Positions 50,039 through 60,532 of a stretch of DNA of 64,000 nt are shown here, piece after piece. The stretch is from Clostridiales bacterium (lineage in GTDB: Bacteria > Bacillota > Clostridia > Lachnospirales > Lachnospiraceae), in contig JAJQBI010000049.1 in NCBI GenBank assembly GCA_021203365.1, forward strand, positions 63,383 to 127,382, given 5' to 3'. A program made the translations under genes and the position numbers. The notes below the pieces were generated by a model. The model saw nothing but the letters and a program-made list of their open reading frames with translations, was not told where the DNA came from and did not search any database. Position 1 is the first letter of the stretch; every line of letters starts with the position of its first letter.

Positions 50039-51655
50039 ATGAGCCTGTATTCGGTTTTGCTGGTGGATGACGAGGAGGAGGTAATCCGGATCATCATGAA
50101 GAAAATTGACTGGGAACAGATGGGATTTCGCGTTGTGGGGTACGCCCACAATGGCGTGGAAGCCCTGGAGCTGGCAGAAGAGCTTTTGCCCAGTGTTGTG
50201 ATGACCGATATTAAAATGCCCTATATGGACGGGCTGGTGATGAGCCGGAAGCTCAAGGAGCTGTACCCGGAGGTGAAAATTCTTATTTTTACCGGTTTTG
50301 ATGAATTTGAATATGCCAGAGAGGCCATTGACATAGAGGTGGAGCAGTATGTACTGAAGCCGGTGGATGCGGAGGAGCTGAAAAAGGTTTTCGCCAGGAT
50401 CCGCAGGAATCTGGACCGGGAGAGGGATGAGCGCAGCAACATTCATAAGCTGCAGGAGTACTACATGGAAAGTCTGCCCCTGCTCCAGGAAAGCTTTTAT
50501 ACCTCTCTTCTGGAGGGAAGGGTGCCGGAGCAGGAAATTCCCCGATATCTGTCCAGCTATCAGATTCATCTGGACGGGCCCTTTTACGTGGTGACGGTTC
50601 TGCATATCAGCCGGATGCAGAATCTGTCGGATATGGATTCCTTCCTGAAGATGGTCTCCGTAAAAAAGCTGGCGGAGGAACAGCTGGACAATCATTATGG
50701 CAGTAAAATCCTGCTGTACCTTGGGAATATTGCGGTGATTTCCCAGCTTCAGGCGGAGGATGAGATTACCCGGTATACGGATTCCATGGATGAATTCTGT
50801 CGTTTGGCCAGGAGGGTGTGCAGCGTGGCGGTGACGGCGGGAGTCGGTCACATCTGTGCGCAGCTCCGGGACCTGAATTATTCCTATCAGGGGGCCGGAA
50901 CTGCGGTTTCCTACCGCGCCATTTACGGAAACACAAGAGCCATCAACATCGGTGAAATTGAACCCAGGGAGACCGGAGACAGCTTATGGGAGCAACAGGC
51001 CATCCGGGATATCATAAAAAGAATAAAGACCGGGGATGGGGAGGCCCTGGCCGGTCAGATTCATCAGTGTGCCCTGCGCTTTTCCGAAACCGGTACTTCC
51101 CTTCAGAATTTCCGGGTTTTTATTCTGGAGCTGGAGGCTGAGCTCTACCGGATGGGAAATGACAGCCAGATGGATATGGATCTGATCTTTACGGGAGAGA
51201 AGAGCCTGGCCGAGCAGGGATTTCAGGCGGATTCCCCGGAGGAATTCTGGAGTCTTGTCATGGAGATCTGCACAAGAATGCAGGATTCTATTGCCCGGGA
51301 AAGGCAGAATACCACAAAATCCTTTGTCACCCGGGCCATGGAGTATGTGGAAGCTCATTACAGAGACAACAATATTTCCATCGAAACCGTGTGCAAAAAT
51401 CTGGGGGTCAGCGCGGCCTATTTTTCCACAGTTTTTAAGAAAGAAACGGGTAAAACCTTTATCGGTTATCTGACGGATTACCGGATGAAACAGGCGGTCT
51501 CTCTGCTGTTGACAACCGATGACAAAACATATATTATTGCGGAGAAGGTGGGATATATGGACCCCAACTATTTCAGCTATGTGTTTAAAAAACAGTATGG
51601 CATCGCGCCATCCAGATACAGAGTGGAGAAATTAAAAGAACGTGGGCAGAATTAA
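50039..51655 (+). CDS. YesN-type response regulator (receiver plus AraC HTH)
   Basis: LVDDE, TDIKMPYMDG, YFSTVFKKETG, DPNYFSYVFKK. Confidence 0.92.
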   Translation: MSLYSVLLVDDEEEVIRIIMKKIDWEQMGFRVVGYAHNGVEALELAEELLPSVVMTDIKMPYMDGLVMSRKLKELYPEVKILIFTGFDEFEYAREAIDIEVEQYVLKPVDAEELKKVFARIRRNLDRERDERSNIHKLQEYYMESLPLLQESFYTSLLEGRVPEQEIPRYLSSYQIHLDGPFYVVTVLHISRMQNLSDMDSFLKMVSVKKLAEEQLDNHYGSKILLYLGNIAVISQLQAEDEITRYTDSMDEFCRLARRVCSVAVTAGVGHICAQLRDLNYSYQGAGTAVSYRAIYGNTRAINIGEIEPRETGDSLWEQQAIRDIIKRIKTGDGEALAGQIHQCALRFSETGTSLQNFRVFILELEAELYRMGNDSQMDMDLIFTGEKSLAEQGFQADSPEEFWSLVMEICTRMQDSIARERQNTTKSFVTRAMEYVEAHYRDNNISIETVCKNLGVSAAYFSTVFKKETGKTFIGYLTDYRMKQAVSLLLTTDDKTYIIAEKVGYMDPNYFSYVFKKQYGIAPSRYRVEKLKERGQN

Positions 51656-53507
51656 AACCGTATTGAAAAAAAGAGGCCTCTGGCTGGGCGGAAAACTGGA
51701 ATCCTGGAGTATACAGATGACGATTTTCCTGTCCTTTACCGTCATATCCGTGTGCTGCATGTGCTTCCTTGGAATCCTTCTTTACCGGCAGTTTGCCGAC
51801 CGGGAAGAGGCTGCGACCACAGAGAATACGGAGGAGCTCCTTGCGCAGACAACGATTAATCTGGAGGACTATCTGCGAAGTATGCGCCGTATTTCTGATG
51901 CTATGTACTACAGTGTCATAAAGGACAAGGATCTGGCGGCGGACAGTCTTTATGATGAGATGAACCTGCTCTATGAGGCGAACCGGGATAAGCTGATCAG
52001 TATCGCCTGTTACACAGACGACGGGGAGCTGGTGGCCGCGGCGCCGGTGGACACCGGAAAGATGGACGGCGCAGATGTGGTTTCCCAGGTATGGTTTGCG
52101 GATGCTGTGAAACAGCCTGAGAACTTCCATTTTTCCAGCCCTCATGTGCAGAATCTTTTTGACGATGGCACCTTTGGATATTACTGGGTGGTTTCTCTGA
52201 GCCGGTCGGTGGAGCTGACGGACAACGGAAGCTCTGTCCGGGGCGTCCTTCTGGTGGATATGAATTACAGCAGTATTGAACAGCTTCTGGAAAAGGTCAA
52301 TACAGACCCCTCCGCGGAATATGTTTACCTGATGGATCAGAATGGTAACCTGATCTATCATCCCAGACAGGATCTGATCCAGATGGGAATTTATGAGGAA
52401 AACAATCTGGCTGCGGCGGACTATGAGGACGGGAGCTGCAGGGAGACCTTTCAGGGAGAAAAACGGATCGTCACGGTCAAGACCATCAGTTACACCGGCT
52501 GGAAGCTTGTCAGTGTGATCCCGGCGGATTCTTTTTCCATGGGCGGGGACGGAACCCAGTATCTGGTGGTGCTGCTGGTGGCTCTTTCCCTGCTGGCTTC
52601 GGTACTCCTCAACCAGCTGGTCTCCGGCAGGATCGCCAAGCCTCTTCGGAAGCTGAATGATTCCGTGAAGGAATGGGAGGCCGGGAACATGGAGCCGGAT
52701 ATTTATGTGGGCGGATCCTTGGAGGTGGAGCATCTGGGAAAGACCCTGCGTTCAACGGTGGAACAGATTCAGGTGCTGATGCAGGATATTGTTGTAAAGC
52801 AGGAAGAAAAAAGAAAAAGTGAGCTGGACGCCCTGCAGTCTCAGATTAATCCCCATTTTCTGTACAATACACTGGATTCCATCGTCTGGATGATCGAGGG
52901 GGAACGGTATTCGGATGCCGTTTTTATGATCAAGGAGCTGGCAAGCCTTTTCCGCATCAGCTTAAGCCGGGGCAGATCCATTATCAGAATTGAGGATGAG
53001 ATCACCCACGCGAAGAATTATATGAATATCCAGAAAATACGGTATCGAAACGCCTTTCAGGTGGAGTTCGATATGGAACCGGAAATTCTGAATGGCTGTA
53101 CGGTAAAGCTGGTGGTGCAGCCCCTGCTGGAAAATGCCATTTATTACGGTATGGAAAGCATGGACGGAGACGGGAGAATCCTTGTCCGGGGATATCAAAA
53201 AGATGGGGATGTTTACCTTGAGGTGAGGGATAATGGCCTTGGAATGCCGGAGGAGGCCGCGGCCAGACTGCTGACGGAAAACGACCGGGAGAGAAAGCGG
53301 GGTTCCGGCGTGGGACTGCAAAATGTTCACAACCGGATCCGGCTCCGGTTCGGAGAACAATATGGGCTGATTATTGAAAGCTTTCCGGATGAGGGGATGA
53401 CTGTGCGGATTCATATCCCCTTTATTCCTTTTACGGAAGAAACTCAAAGATGTCTGGATGAAGGCAGGCTTCCCCAGGACTGCATGGGAGGAGAACAGGA
53501 AAAATGA
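51642..53507 (+). CDS. YesM-type sensor histidine kinase
   Basis: LQSQINPHFLYNTL, QPLLENAI, DNGLG, GVGLQNV. Confidence 0.92.
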   Translation: MGRIKTVLKKRGLWLGGKLESWSIQMTIFLSFTVISVCCMCFLGILLYRQFADREEAATTENTEELLAQTTINLEDYLRSMRRISDAMYYSVIKDKDLAADSLYDEMNLLYEANRDKLISIACYTDDGELVAAAPVDTGKMDGADVVSQVWFADAVKQPENFHFSSPHVQNLFDDGTFGYYWVVSLSRSVELTDNGSSVRGVLLVDMNYSSIEQLLEKVNTDPSAEYVYLMDQNGNLIYHPRQDLIQMGIYEENNLAAADYEDGSCRETFQGEKRIVTVKTISYTGWKLVSVIPADSFSMGGDGTQYLVVLLVALSLLASVLLNQLVSGRIAKPLRKLNDSVKEWEAGNMEPDIYVGGSLEVEHLGKTLRSTVEQIQVLMQDIVVKQEEKRKSELDALQSQINPHFLYNTLDSIVWMIEGERYSDAVFMIKELASLFRISLSRGRSIIRIEDEITHAKNYMNIQKIRYRNAFQVEFDMEPEILNGCTVKLVVQPLLENAIYYGMESMDGDGRILVRGYQKDGDVYLEVRDNGLGMPEEAAARLLTENDRERKRGSGVGLQNVHNRIRLRFGEQYGLIIESFPDEGMTVRIHIPFIPFTEETQRCLDEGRLPQDCMGGEQEK

Positions 53508-54526
53508 ATCGAAACCGACTTTATCTGGGTCTTGTGATTTCAGTGATTCTGGCAGTGATCGGCTATGTCTCTTATGAAATGCTCAATGCGGTCCGGGAGG
53601 AGCCCTATTATTACGTGTCGGTCATTGTGGAGAACAGCGGCAGTGACCGGTGGAACGCTTTTAAAGAGGGCCTGGAAAAGGGAACGGAAGGCCACAATAT
53701 TTATCTGAATGTGGTATCTACCACGGAGTTCGCGGGAATGGAGGAGGAGTGCAGCCTTCTTGAGCGGGAGCTGGCAAACGGCGCGGACGGTGTGATTGTA
53801 GAAATGCGTGAGAGCGAGGACGGGGACGGCTTATTTGCCGCGGCAGTGGGAGACAGCGCGGTGGTTCTGGTGGATACGGCCATGACCCTTACGGATCCCT
53901 GTACAACGGTGGCCACCGATTCCCGGGCGCTGGGAGAGGCACTGGCCCAGGCTGTGATAAAGGGAGAAGGTTTTTCCGGGGAAACAGACGGGGAAAAAAC
54001 CGGGACAGAGGATGCCGGCGGTGATCTGAGCGGCGTCACCATTGGCATTCTTGCCGGAAATCAGAAAAAGCTTTCCATGCAGCAGCGTCTGCAGGGATTT
54101 GAGGAGGCGGTTTCCCAGGCGGGAGCGGAAATCCTGTGGTGTGTTTCCGAGGAAGAGAGAGAAATGTCTGCTGCGGAGGCAGAGCAACGGATGGAGGAGA
54201 AGACGCCGGATGTTGTGGCAGCCCTTTCGAATGAAGAACTGGAGGCGGCCATTGATTTTTTCCTTGAAAATTCCGGACTTTCGTGTAAACTATATGGGGA
54301 GGGCCGTTCAGAAAAAGCGGTTTATTATCTGGATCAGGGGCTGGTTCAGGCTCTGGTGGTCCCCAACGAATATTATATGGGATATGAAAGCGCGTCCGCC
54401 ATTTCCCGGATGCTGGAGGAGCACAATATCACGTCGGAGGAAATTGAGACGGATTTTGTGAGCGTTACAAAGGAAGAAATGTATGGAGAGGAGGCCCAGA
54501 GAATCCTTTTCCCCATCGTAAGGTAG
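53504..54526 (+). CDS. Periplasmic-binding-fold sugar sensor protein
   Basis: N-terminal TM, QQRLQGF; overlaps the kinase stop codon. Confidence 0.75.
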   Translation: MNRNRLYLGLVISVILAVIGYVSYEMLNAVREEPYYYVSVIVENSGSDRWNAFKEGLEKGTEGHNIYLNVVSTTEFAGMEEECSLLERELANGADGVIVEMRESEDGDGLFAAAVGDSAVVLVDTAMTLTDPCTTVATDSRALGEALAQAVIKGEGFSGETDGEKTGTEDAGGDLSGVTIGILAGNQKKLSMQQRLQGFEEAVSQAGAEILWCVSEEEREMSAAEAEQRMEEKTPDVVAALSNEELEAAIDFFLENSGLSCKLYGEGRSEKAVYYLDQGLVQALVVPNEYYMGYESASAISRMLEEHNITSEEIETDFVSVTKEEMYGEEAQRILFPIVR

Positions 54527-54547
54527 CAGGAAAGGCGGGAGGAAGCT

Positions 54548-55588
54548 TTGAGACGATATGGTATCCTGGCTCTGGCGGCGGTTTTTTTTCTTTCCGGCTG
54601 CGGGAGCCGCGGTGAGAATGTGGTGAAAAGTATTAAAATCGGCGTCACTGTGTACGATCAGTATGACACCTTTATCACAGGCCTGATGGACTCCTTTACG
54701 GCCTGTGCGGCCCAAAAGGAGGAGGAGACCGGGGTGGCCATTAACCTGGAGGTGATGGACGCGGCCGGAAGCCAGTCCACTCAGAATGAGCAGGTGCAGA
54801 CCCTGATCGAGAGAGGCTGCGACATTATCTGCGTGAATCTGGTGGACCGGACAGAACCCACAACCATTACGGACATGGCGGAGAAAAATGACACGCCGAT
54901 TATTTTTTTTAACCGTGAGCTGGTGGAAGAGGATCTGGAACGGTGGGAAAAGCTTTATTATGTGGGGGCGGACGCCTTCGAGTCCGGCGTCATGGAAGGA
55001 GAGCTGGCTGCGGATGCCTTTCTCCAGAGCGAGTCCGCAGATAAAAACGGGGACGGGATCTGTCAGTATATTGTCCTGGAAGGGGAAGCCGGGCATCAGG
55101 ATTCCATTGTCCGGACCGAATATTCCATCAATACCATGATGGAACAGGGGGTGGAGGCCGAGAAGCTGGGCTATGCCATCGCCAACTGGAACCGTGCTCA
55201 GGCCCAGACGAAGACGGCTTCCCTCTATGCCCAGTTTGGAGATGAGATTGAGATGATTCTTGCGAATAATGACGATATGGCGCTGGGCGCCATTGACGCG
55301 TTGAAGGCCGCGGGGGTATCCGAAGAAGACTGGCCGGTGATTGTGGGAATCGACGGGACGGATGTGGGACTGGAGGCGGTGCAAAACGGGGAGATGGCAG
55401 GCACCGTCTATAATGACAAGGAAGGGCAGGCCCTGGAAATGCTGAAGCTGGCCTATGCCCTGGCCACGGACAGCGGCTGGGAAGAGGTCGACCTTGAGGA
55501 TGGAAAGTATATCCGTCTTCCCTATTCCAAGGTGACGGCGGAGAACGCAGGTGAGTTTGAGGATATTCGCGGGGAAAGCGACAGCTGA
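54548..55588 (+). CDS. Second galactose-binding-type lipoprotein
   Basis: Lipobox LSGC, YDQYDTF, FFNRE, NNDDMALGA. Confidence 0.85.
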   Translation: MRRYGILALAAVFFLSGCGSRGENVVKSIKIGVTVYDQYDTFITGLMDSFTACAAQKEEETGVAINLEVMDAAGSQSTQNEQVQTLIERGCDIICVNLVDRTEPTTITDMAEKNDTPIIFFNRELVEEDLERWEKLYYVGADAFESGVMEGELAADAFLQSESADKNGDGICQYIVLEGEAGHQDSIVRTEYSINTMMEQGVEAEKLGYAIANWNRAQAQTKTASLYAQFGDEIEMILANNDDMALGAIDALKAAGVSEEDWPVIVGIDGTDVGLEAVQNGEMAGTVYNDKEGQALEMLKLAYALATDSGWEEVDLEDGKYIRLPYSKVTAENAGEFEDIRGESDS

Positions 55589-55621
55589 GGTTTTACGCGG
55601 GGTAAAGGAGATTGTATCCGT

Positions 55622-56122
55622 ATGGGAGAAAGACTTACAAATAAGGATGTTGAAAAGATAGAGAAGGAGATCGAGCACCGGAAGCTTGTGGTGCGAAAGG
55701 ACGCCATTGAGGCGGTGAAGGAAGCCCGCGCCCAGGGCGATCTCAGCGAGAATTTTGAGTATTACGCGGCAAAGAAGCATAAGAATGAGAATGAAAGCCG
55801 CATCCGTTATCTGGAGCGCATGCTGAAAAACGCGGTGGTGGTCTCCGAGGATTCCCGGGAAGATGAGATTGGCATGGATGACCTGGTAGAGGTCTATTTT
55901 GAGGAGGACGACGAGGTGGAGCAGTATAAGCTTGTGACCTCCATCCGCAGCAATTCCATGGAGAACCGTGTCAGCATTGAGTCTCCTCTTGGGAAAGCCC
56001 TGAGGGGTCATCGGGTGGGCGACCGCGTGGAAGTGAAGGTCAGCGACAGCTACAGCTATTTTCTGGAGGTTCGCTCGATTCAGAAGACAGGTTCCGAGGA
56101 GGAAGAAATCCGGAAATTCTGA
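55622..56122 (+). CDS. greA: Transcription elongation factor GreA family
   Basis: ARAQGDLSENFEYYAAK, SIESPLGKAL. Confidence 0.92.
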   Translation: MGERLTNKDVEKIEKEIEHRKLVVRKDAIEAVKEARAQGDLSENFEYYAAKKHKNENESRIRYLERMLKNAVVVSEDSREDEIGMDDLVEVYFEEDDEVEQYKLVTSIRSNSMENRVSIESPLGKALRGHRVGDRVEVKVSDSYSYFLEVRSIQKTGSEEEEIRKF

Positions 56123-56210
56123 AATCCGGAAATTCGGGAAGAAGTGCTGCGGGGGATTCCCGGGAGTTTTCAGGGACATTGAGAAAAGAGACAGGAGTTG
56201 GACGCATGAT

Positions 56211-56879
56211 ATGATATACTGTGTGGAGGATGAGGAAAACATCCGGGAACTGATTGTTTATACCCTTGAGGCCACAGGATTCGAGGCAGAAGGATTTCCG
56301 GACGCCGGAGGGCTCTGGGCGGCCCTTCGCAGGGGGCTGCCTGAGCTGATCATTCTGGATATTATGCTTCCGGGGGAGGATGGCTACGCCATTCTCCGGG
56401 AACTGAAGAGCGATCCATCCTGGAGGGAAATTCCGGTCATCATGGTTACTGCTATGGGTACGGAGTATGACAAGGTGAGAGGGCTGGAGGCCGGAGCGGA
56501 CGACTATATTACCAAGCCTTTTGGCATGATGGAGTTTGTGGCCAGGGTGAAGGCTGTGCTGCGCCGGTGTTCTCCCTCCCCGGGGGAAAAGGAGCTTCGT
56601 CTGGGAGATCTGTGTGTGAATGTCTCCCGCCGCAGTGTGACCTGGAAGGAACAGCCCATTGAGCTTACCCGCAGGGAATTTCAGCTTCTCCAGTATCTGC
56701 TGGAAAACCAGGGCCTTGTAATGTCCAGGGATCAGCTTCTGTGTCAGATCTGGGGATATGATTTTGCCGGGGAGACCCGAACCGTGGATGTTCACATCCG
56801 TACCCTGCGACAGAAGCTTGGGGAGGCAGGAAATCTGATTGAGACGGTTCGCGGGGTGGGATACCGGATCCGGGAATAA
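56211..56879 (+). CDS. OmpR/PhoP-family response regulator with no adjacent kinase
   Basis: VEDE, LDIMLPG, GADDYITKPF, RTVDVHI, TVRGVGY. Confidence 0.92.
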   Translation: MIYCVEDEENIRELIVYTLEATGFEAEGFPDAGGLWAALRRGLPELIILDIMLPGEDGYAILRELKSDPSWREIPVIMVTAMGTEYDKVRGLEAGADDYITKPFGMMEFVARVKAVLRRCSPSPGEKELRLGDLCVNVSRRSVTWKEQPIELTRREFQLLQYLLENQGLVMSRDQLLCQIWGYDFAGETRTVDVHIRTLRQKLGEAGNLIETVRGVGYRIRE

Positions 56880-56898
56880 AAACGAGGAGGAAATCAGT

Positions 56899-57822
56899 AT
56901 GAAGAAACCGACACTGGCCGTAATGGCTGCAGGCATGGGAAGCCGTTACGGGGGACTGAAGCAGATCGACCCTGTGGACGCGCAGGGGCATATTCTTATG
57001 GATTTTTCTATCTATGACGCTCTGCGGGCAGGATTTGGGAAGGTTGTTTTTATTATCAAAAAGGAGAATGAAAAAGACTTCCGGGCCGCCATCGGCGACC
57101 GGCTGAGCGCGCAGACAGACATCGCCTATGTTTTTCAGAGTCTGGATAACCTTCCGGAGGGATACCAGGTGCCGGAAGGCAGGGTGAAGCCCTGGGGAAC
57201 CGGACACGCCGTATTGAGCTGTATGGGGGAAATTCAGGAGCCCTTTGTGGTCATTAACGCCGATGATTATTACGGCGTGCGGGCCTTTGCCACCGCTTAT
57301 GATTTTCTCACGAAGGAGAGCGGCGGGGAGGATGTTAAACGGTATATGATGGTGGGCTACCGTCTGGAAAATACGCTGACGGAAAACGGTCATGTGGCCC
57401 GGGGCGTCTGCGTCACCGATGAGGAGGACCACCTTCAGGAGATTCACGAGCGCACCCATATTGAAAAGCGGGGCGGGGGCGCGGCTTACACGGAGGACGA
57501 CGGACGGACATGGACCCCTCTTGGAACGGACAGCACGGTTTCCATGAATATGTGGGGATTTACTCCGGATATACTGACGGAACTGCAAAACCGGTTCCCG
57601 GCCTTTCTGGATAAAAATCTTCCGGAAAATCCGCTGAAATGTGAGTATTTTCTTCCCTTTGTAGTGGATGAGCTTCTGAGGGAAAAGAAGGCCTCGGTGA
57701 AGGTGTGCAAAACTCCGGACCGGTGGTACGGGGTGACCTATAAGGAGGACAAGCCGGTTGTCATGGAGGCGATCCGGCGTTTTAAGAGTGAGGGAGTTTA
57801 TCCTCAGTACCTCTGGAAGTGA
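56899..57822 (+). CDS. Sugar-phosphate nucleotidyltransferase
   Basis: [30 protein letters not shown]. Confidence 0.88.
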   Translation: MKKPTLAVMAAGMGSRYGGLKQIDPVDAQGHILMDFSIYDALRAGFGKVVFIIKKENEKDFRAAIGDRLSAQTDIAYVFQSLDNLPEGYQVPEGRVKPWGTGHAVLSCMGEIQEPFVVINADDYYGVRAFATAYDFLTKESGGEDVKRYMMVGYRLENTLTENGHVARGVCVTDEEDHLQEIHERTHIEKRGGGAAYTEDDGRTWTPLGTDSTVSMNMWGFTPDILTELQNRFPAFLDKNLPENPLKCEYFLPFVVDELLREKKASVKVCKTPDRWYGVTYKEDKPVVMEAIRRFKSEGVYPQYLWK

Positions 57823-57940
57823 GGCGGAGAAATCCGGGTATCATAGCGGCAAAATGTTTTTTGTCACTTTAATCATGGAATGTTTCCTGTGTGAACAGGG
57901 CACAGGTGATATCATAAGGACTAAGCAGGAGGATAAGGCT

Positions 57941-58957
57941 ATGGCGATTTTAGTAACAGGCGGGGCAGGATTTATCGGAAGCCACACGGTTGTGGAGCTG
58001 CAGAACGCAGGGTATGATGTGGTGGTGGTTGACAATCTCTGTAATTCCAGTGAGAAATCCCTTGACCGGGTTTCCGCGATTACAGGCAAACCGGTGAAGT
58101 TTTACAAAGCGGACATTCTTGACCGGGAGGCGATGAATGAAATATTTGACCGGGAGGAAATTGACTCCTGCATTCACTTTGCCGGCCTGAAGGCGGTGGG
58201 AGAGTCTGTGGCGAAGCCCTGGGAATACTATGAGAATAACATTGCGGGAACTCTGACGCTGGTGGATGTAATGCGAAAGCATGGGGTAAAGAATATTATT
58301 TTTTCCTCCTCTGCCACGGTATACGGGGATCCGGCCATGATTCCCATCACGGAGGAATGCCCCAAGGGGCAGTGCACCAATCCCTACGGATGGACGAAAT
58401 CCATGCTGGAGCAGATCCTGTCGGATGTTCAGAAGGCGGATCCGGAATGGAATGTGGTTCTTCTTCGCTATTTTAATCCAATCGGTGCTCACAAGAGCGG
58501 AACCATCGGCGAAAATCCAAATGGAATTCCAAACAACCTGATGCCTTATATTACCCAGGTGGCGGTAGGAAAGCTGAAGGAGCTGGGGGTTTTCGGAAAT
58601 GATTACGATACCCCGGATGGAACCGGTGTGAGAGACTATATTCATGTGGTGGATCTGGCGAAGGGACATGTAAAGGCCCTTAAGAAAATTGAGGATAATT
58701 CAGGTCTTTCCATCTATAATCTTGGCACGGGCAAGGGCTATTCCGTGCTGGATATCGTGAAGAATTTTGAGGAGGCCACCGGAGTGAAAATCCCCTATGT
58801 GATCAAACCGCGCAGGGCCGGAGACATTGCGGTCTGCTACTCCGACGCCTCAAAGGCGGAGAGGGAGCTTGGCTGGAAGGCGGAGAACGGAATCCGTGAA
58901 ATGTGCGCGGACTCCTGGAGATGGCAGTCCCAGAATCCCAATGGGTATGAAGACTAG
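57941..58957 (+). CDS. galE: UDP-glucose 4-epimerase
   Basis: [32 protein letters not shown]. Confidence 0.96.
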   Translation: MAILVTGGAGFIGSHTVVELQNAGYDVVVVDNLCNSSEKSLDRVSAITGKPVKFYKADILDREAMNEIFDREEIDSCIHFAGLKAVGESVAKPWEYYENNIAGTLTLVDVMRKHGVKNIIFSSSATVYGDPAMIPITEECPKGQCTNPYGWTKSMLEQILSDVQKADPEWNVVLLRYFNPIGAHKSGTIGENPNGIPNNLMPYITQVAVGKLKELGVFGNDYDTPDGTGVRDYIHVVDLAKGHVKALKKIEDNSGLSIYNLGTGKGYSVLDIVKNFEEATGVKIPYVIKPRRAGDIAVCYSDASKAERELGWKAENGIREMCADSWRWQSQNPNGYED

Positions 58958-58986
58958 TTTTTCCTTCCGGGTAAGACATTTTTTGC

Positions 58987-59023
58987 GCAGAAAAGCCGTC
59001 GGCATATGCCGGCGGTTTTTTGT
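58987..59023. terminator. Bidirectional terminator between galE and the kinase gene
   Basis: AAAAGCCGTCGGCATATGCCGGCGGTTTTTT. Confidence 0.75.
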
Positions 59024-59032
59024 AAAATCCTG

Positions 59033-60532
59033 TTATTTTGCCTTATCCAGGGTAAAAATAAATTCCGTTCCCACCCCTTCGGTGCTGATCACATTGATGT
59101 GCTGGTCGTGGGCGTTGATGATTTCCTTTACGATGGAAAGTCCCAGGCCGGTTCCCTTGCGGTCCCGGCCCCGGGAAACGTCGGTTTTGAAAAAACGGTC
59201 CCATATTCTGGACAGATTTTCCCGGGAGATGCCGCAGCCGTGATCCTTGACAGAAACGAAAACCTTTTCGTTTTTTTCAGCGGTTTCCAGTACGATGAAG
59301 GAGTGGTCTGCGCTGAATTTAATGGCGTTATCCAGAAGGTTGTACAGGACCTGCTGGATCTGCTCCAGATCCGCCCGGACGAAAAGCTGATTTCCGGAGA
59401 GCAGCAGCTTCAGGGAGAGATCCCTTTCAGAGCAGATTCCCTCAAAGGAATCTGCGGTTTTGCGAAGTACGTCATTGATATCAAAGCGTTGCTTGTGGAG
59501 CAGGCGCTTTTTTACGTCCAGCTCATTGAGGGTGAGAAGACTTCGCGTCAGCTTTTCCAGGCGGCCGGACTCAAAATCGATGATTTTCAGGTAGCGCTCC
59601 TGCATATTCTGGGGAATGGTACCGTCCAGCATGGCTTCTACATAGCCCTTGATGGAGGTCAGGGGAGAGCGGAAATCGTGAGAAATATTGGCGACAAATC
59701 TCCGCTGATATTCGCTGTTGCGGTTCAGCCGTTCCGCCATATAATTCAGGGATTGTGCCAGGTATCCCATCTCACCCTCTGAGTTCACGGGGATATTGTA
59801 GGAGAGATTTCCGCCGGCGTATTCCGAGGCGCCTTTGAGAATCTTCTGGAGGGGGATATGCACCCGCTTCCGGTAGTCCAGAAGAAACAGTGCGAATAGA
59901 AGGCAGACGACGAAGAAGACCGGCAGGATGACTGCCAGAATATGACTTCGAATGTCATAGAGGCTGGACAGAGGAAAGTGAATCACAACATAGTATGAGT
60001 CCGAATCGGTAAATCCGTTTACAGCTGTGAGGACACTCAGCTGTGAGGAAGAGAAGGCACCGTAAAAATCACCGGTCTGGTATTGTTTTTCCGACAGATC
60101 TTCCGATGAAAAACCGTCTAAAACTTCAGTTTCCTTCTCCGGGCTGTCTTCGTCTGTATTCATGAGAATGGTTCCATCCCCGCGCATGAGCCAGATGACT
60201 GTGCCCTGAAAATCTGCGGCTTTCAGAAGATTCCTCCACAGGGTATCCTCAATAGAAGAATCGGAAGCTTCTGTGTCTTTTAAGGAGGAGTCTGTGGCGG
60301 AGTCATTCGTATTGTCTCCCGCGGCCGCCGGATTCTCTGCCGTTACAGAGGACAGATAAGAGGTCAGGTCCTCGTCTGCTGCGATCTGGCCGGCGCCCCT
60401 GGTCAGCTGTGTGCAGATTGCGCTCTCCAGCTGTCTTTCGATGAGCCAGGAGCCGGCCGTGGATATCAGGAAAAAGCAGAGAATTCCGATGCCAAGGTAC
60501 AGGGCCAGCATCCGGCTGTATACATGCTTCAT
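59033..60532 (-). CDS. HAMP-domain sensor histidine kinase
   Basis: ANISHDFRSPLTSIKG, NLLDNAIKF, GTGLGLSIV. Confidence 0.93.
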   Translation of the reverse strand: MKHVYSRMLALYLGIGILCFFLISTAGSWLIERQLESAICTQLTRGAGQIAADEDLTSYLSSVTAENPAAAGDNTNDSATDSSLKDTEASDSSIEDTLWRNLLKAADFQGTVIWLMRGDGTILMNTDEDSPEKETEVLDGFSSEDLSEKQYQTGDFYGAFSSSQLSVLTAVNGFTDSDSYYVVIHFPLSSLYDIRSHILAVILPVFFVVCLLFALFLLDYRKRVHIPLQKILKGASEYAGGNLSYNIPVNSEGEMGYLAQSLNYMAERLNRNSEYQRRFVANISHDFRSPLTSIKGYVEAMLDGTIPQNMQERYLKIIDFESGRLEKLTRSLLTLNELDVKKRLLHKQRFDINDVLRKTADSFEGICSERDLSLKLLLSGNQLFVRADLEQIQQVLYNLLDNAIKFSADHSFIVLETAEKNEKVFVSVKDHGCGISRENLSRIWDRFFKTDVSRGRDRKGTGLGLSIVKEIINAHDQHINVISTEGVGTEFIFTLDKAK

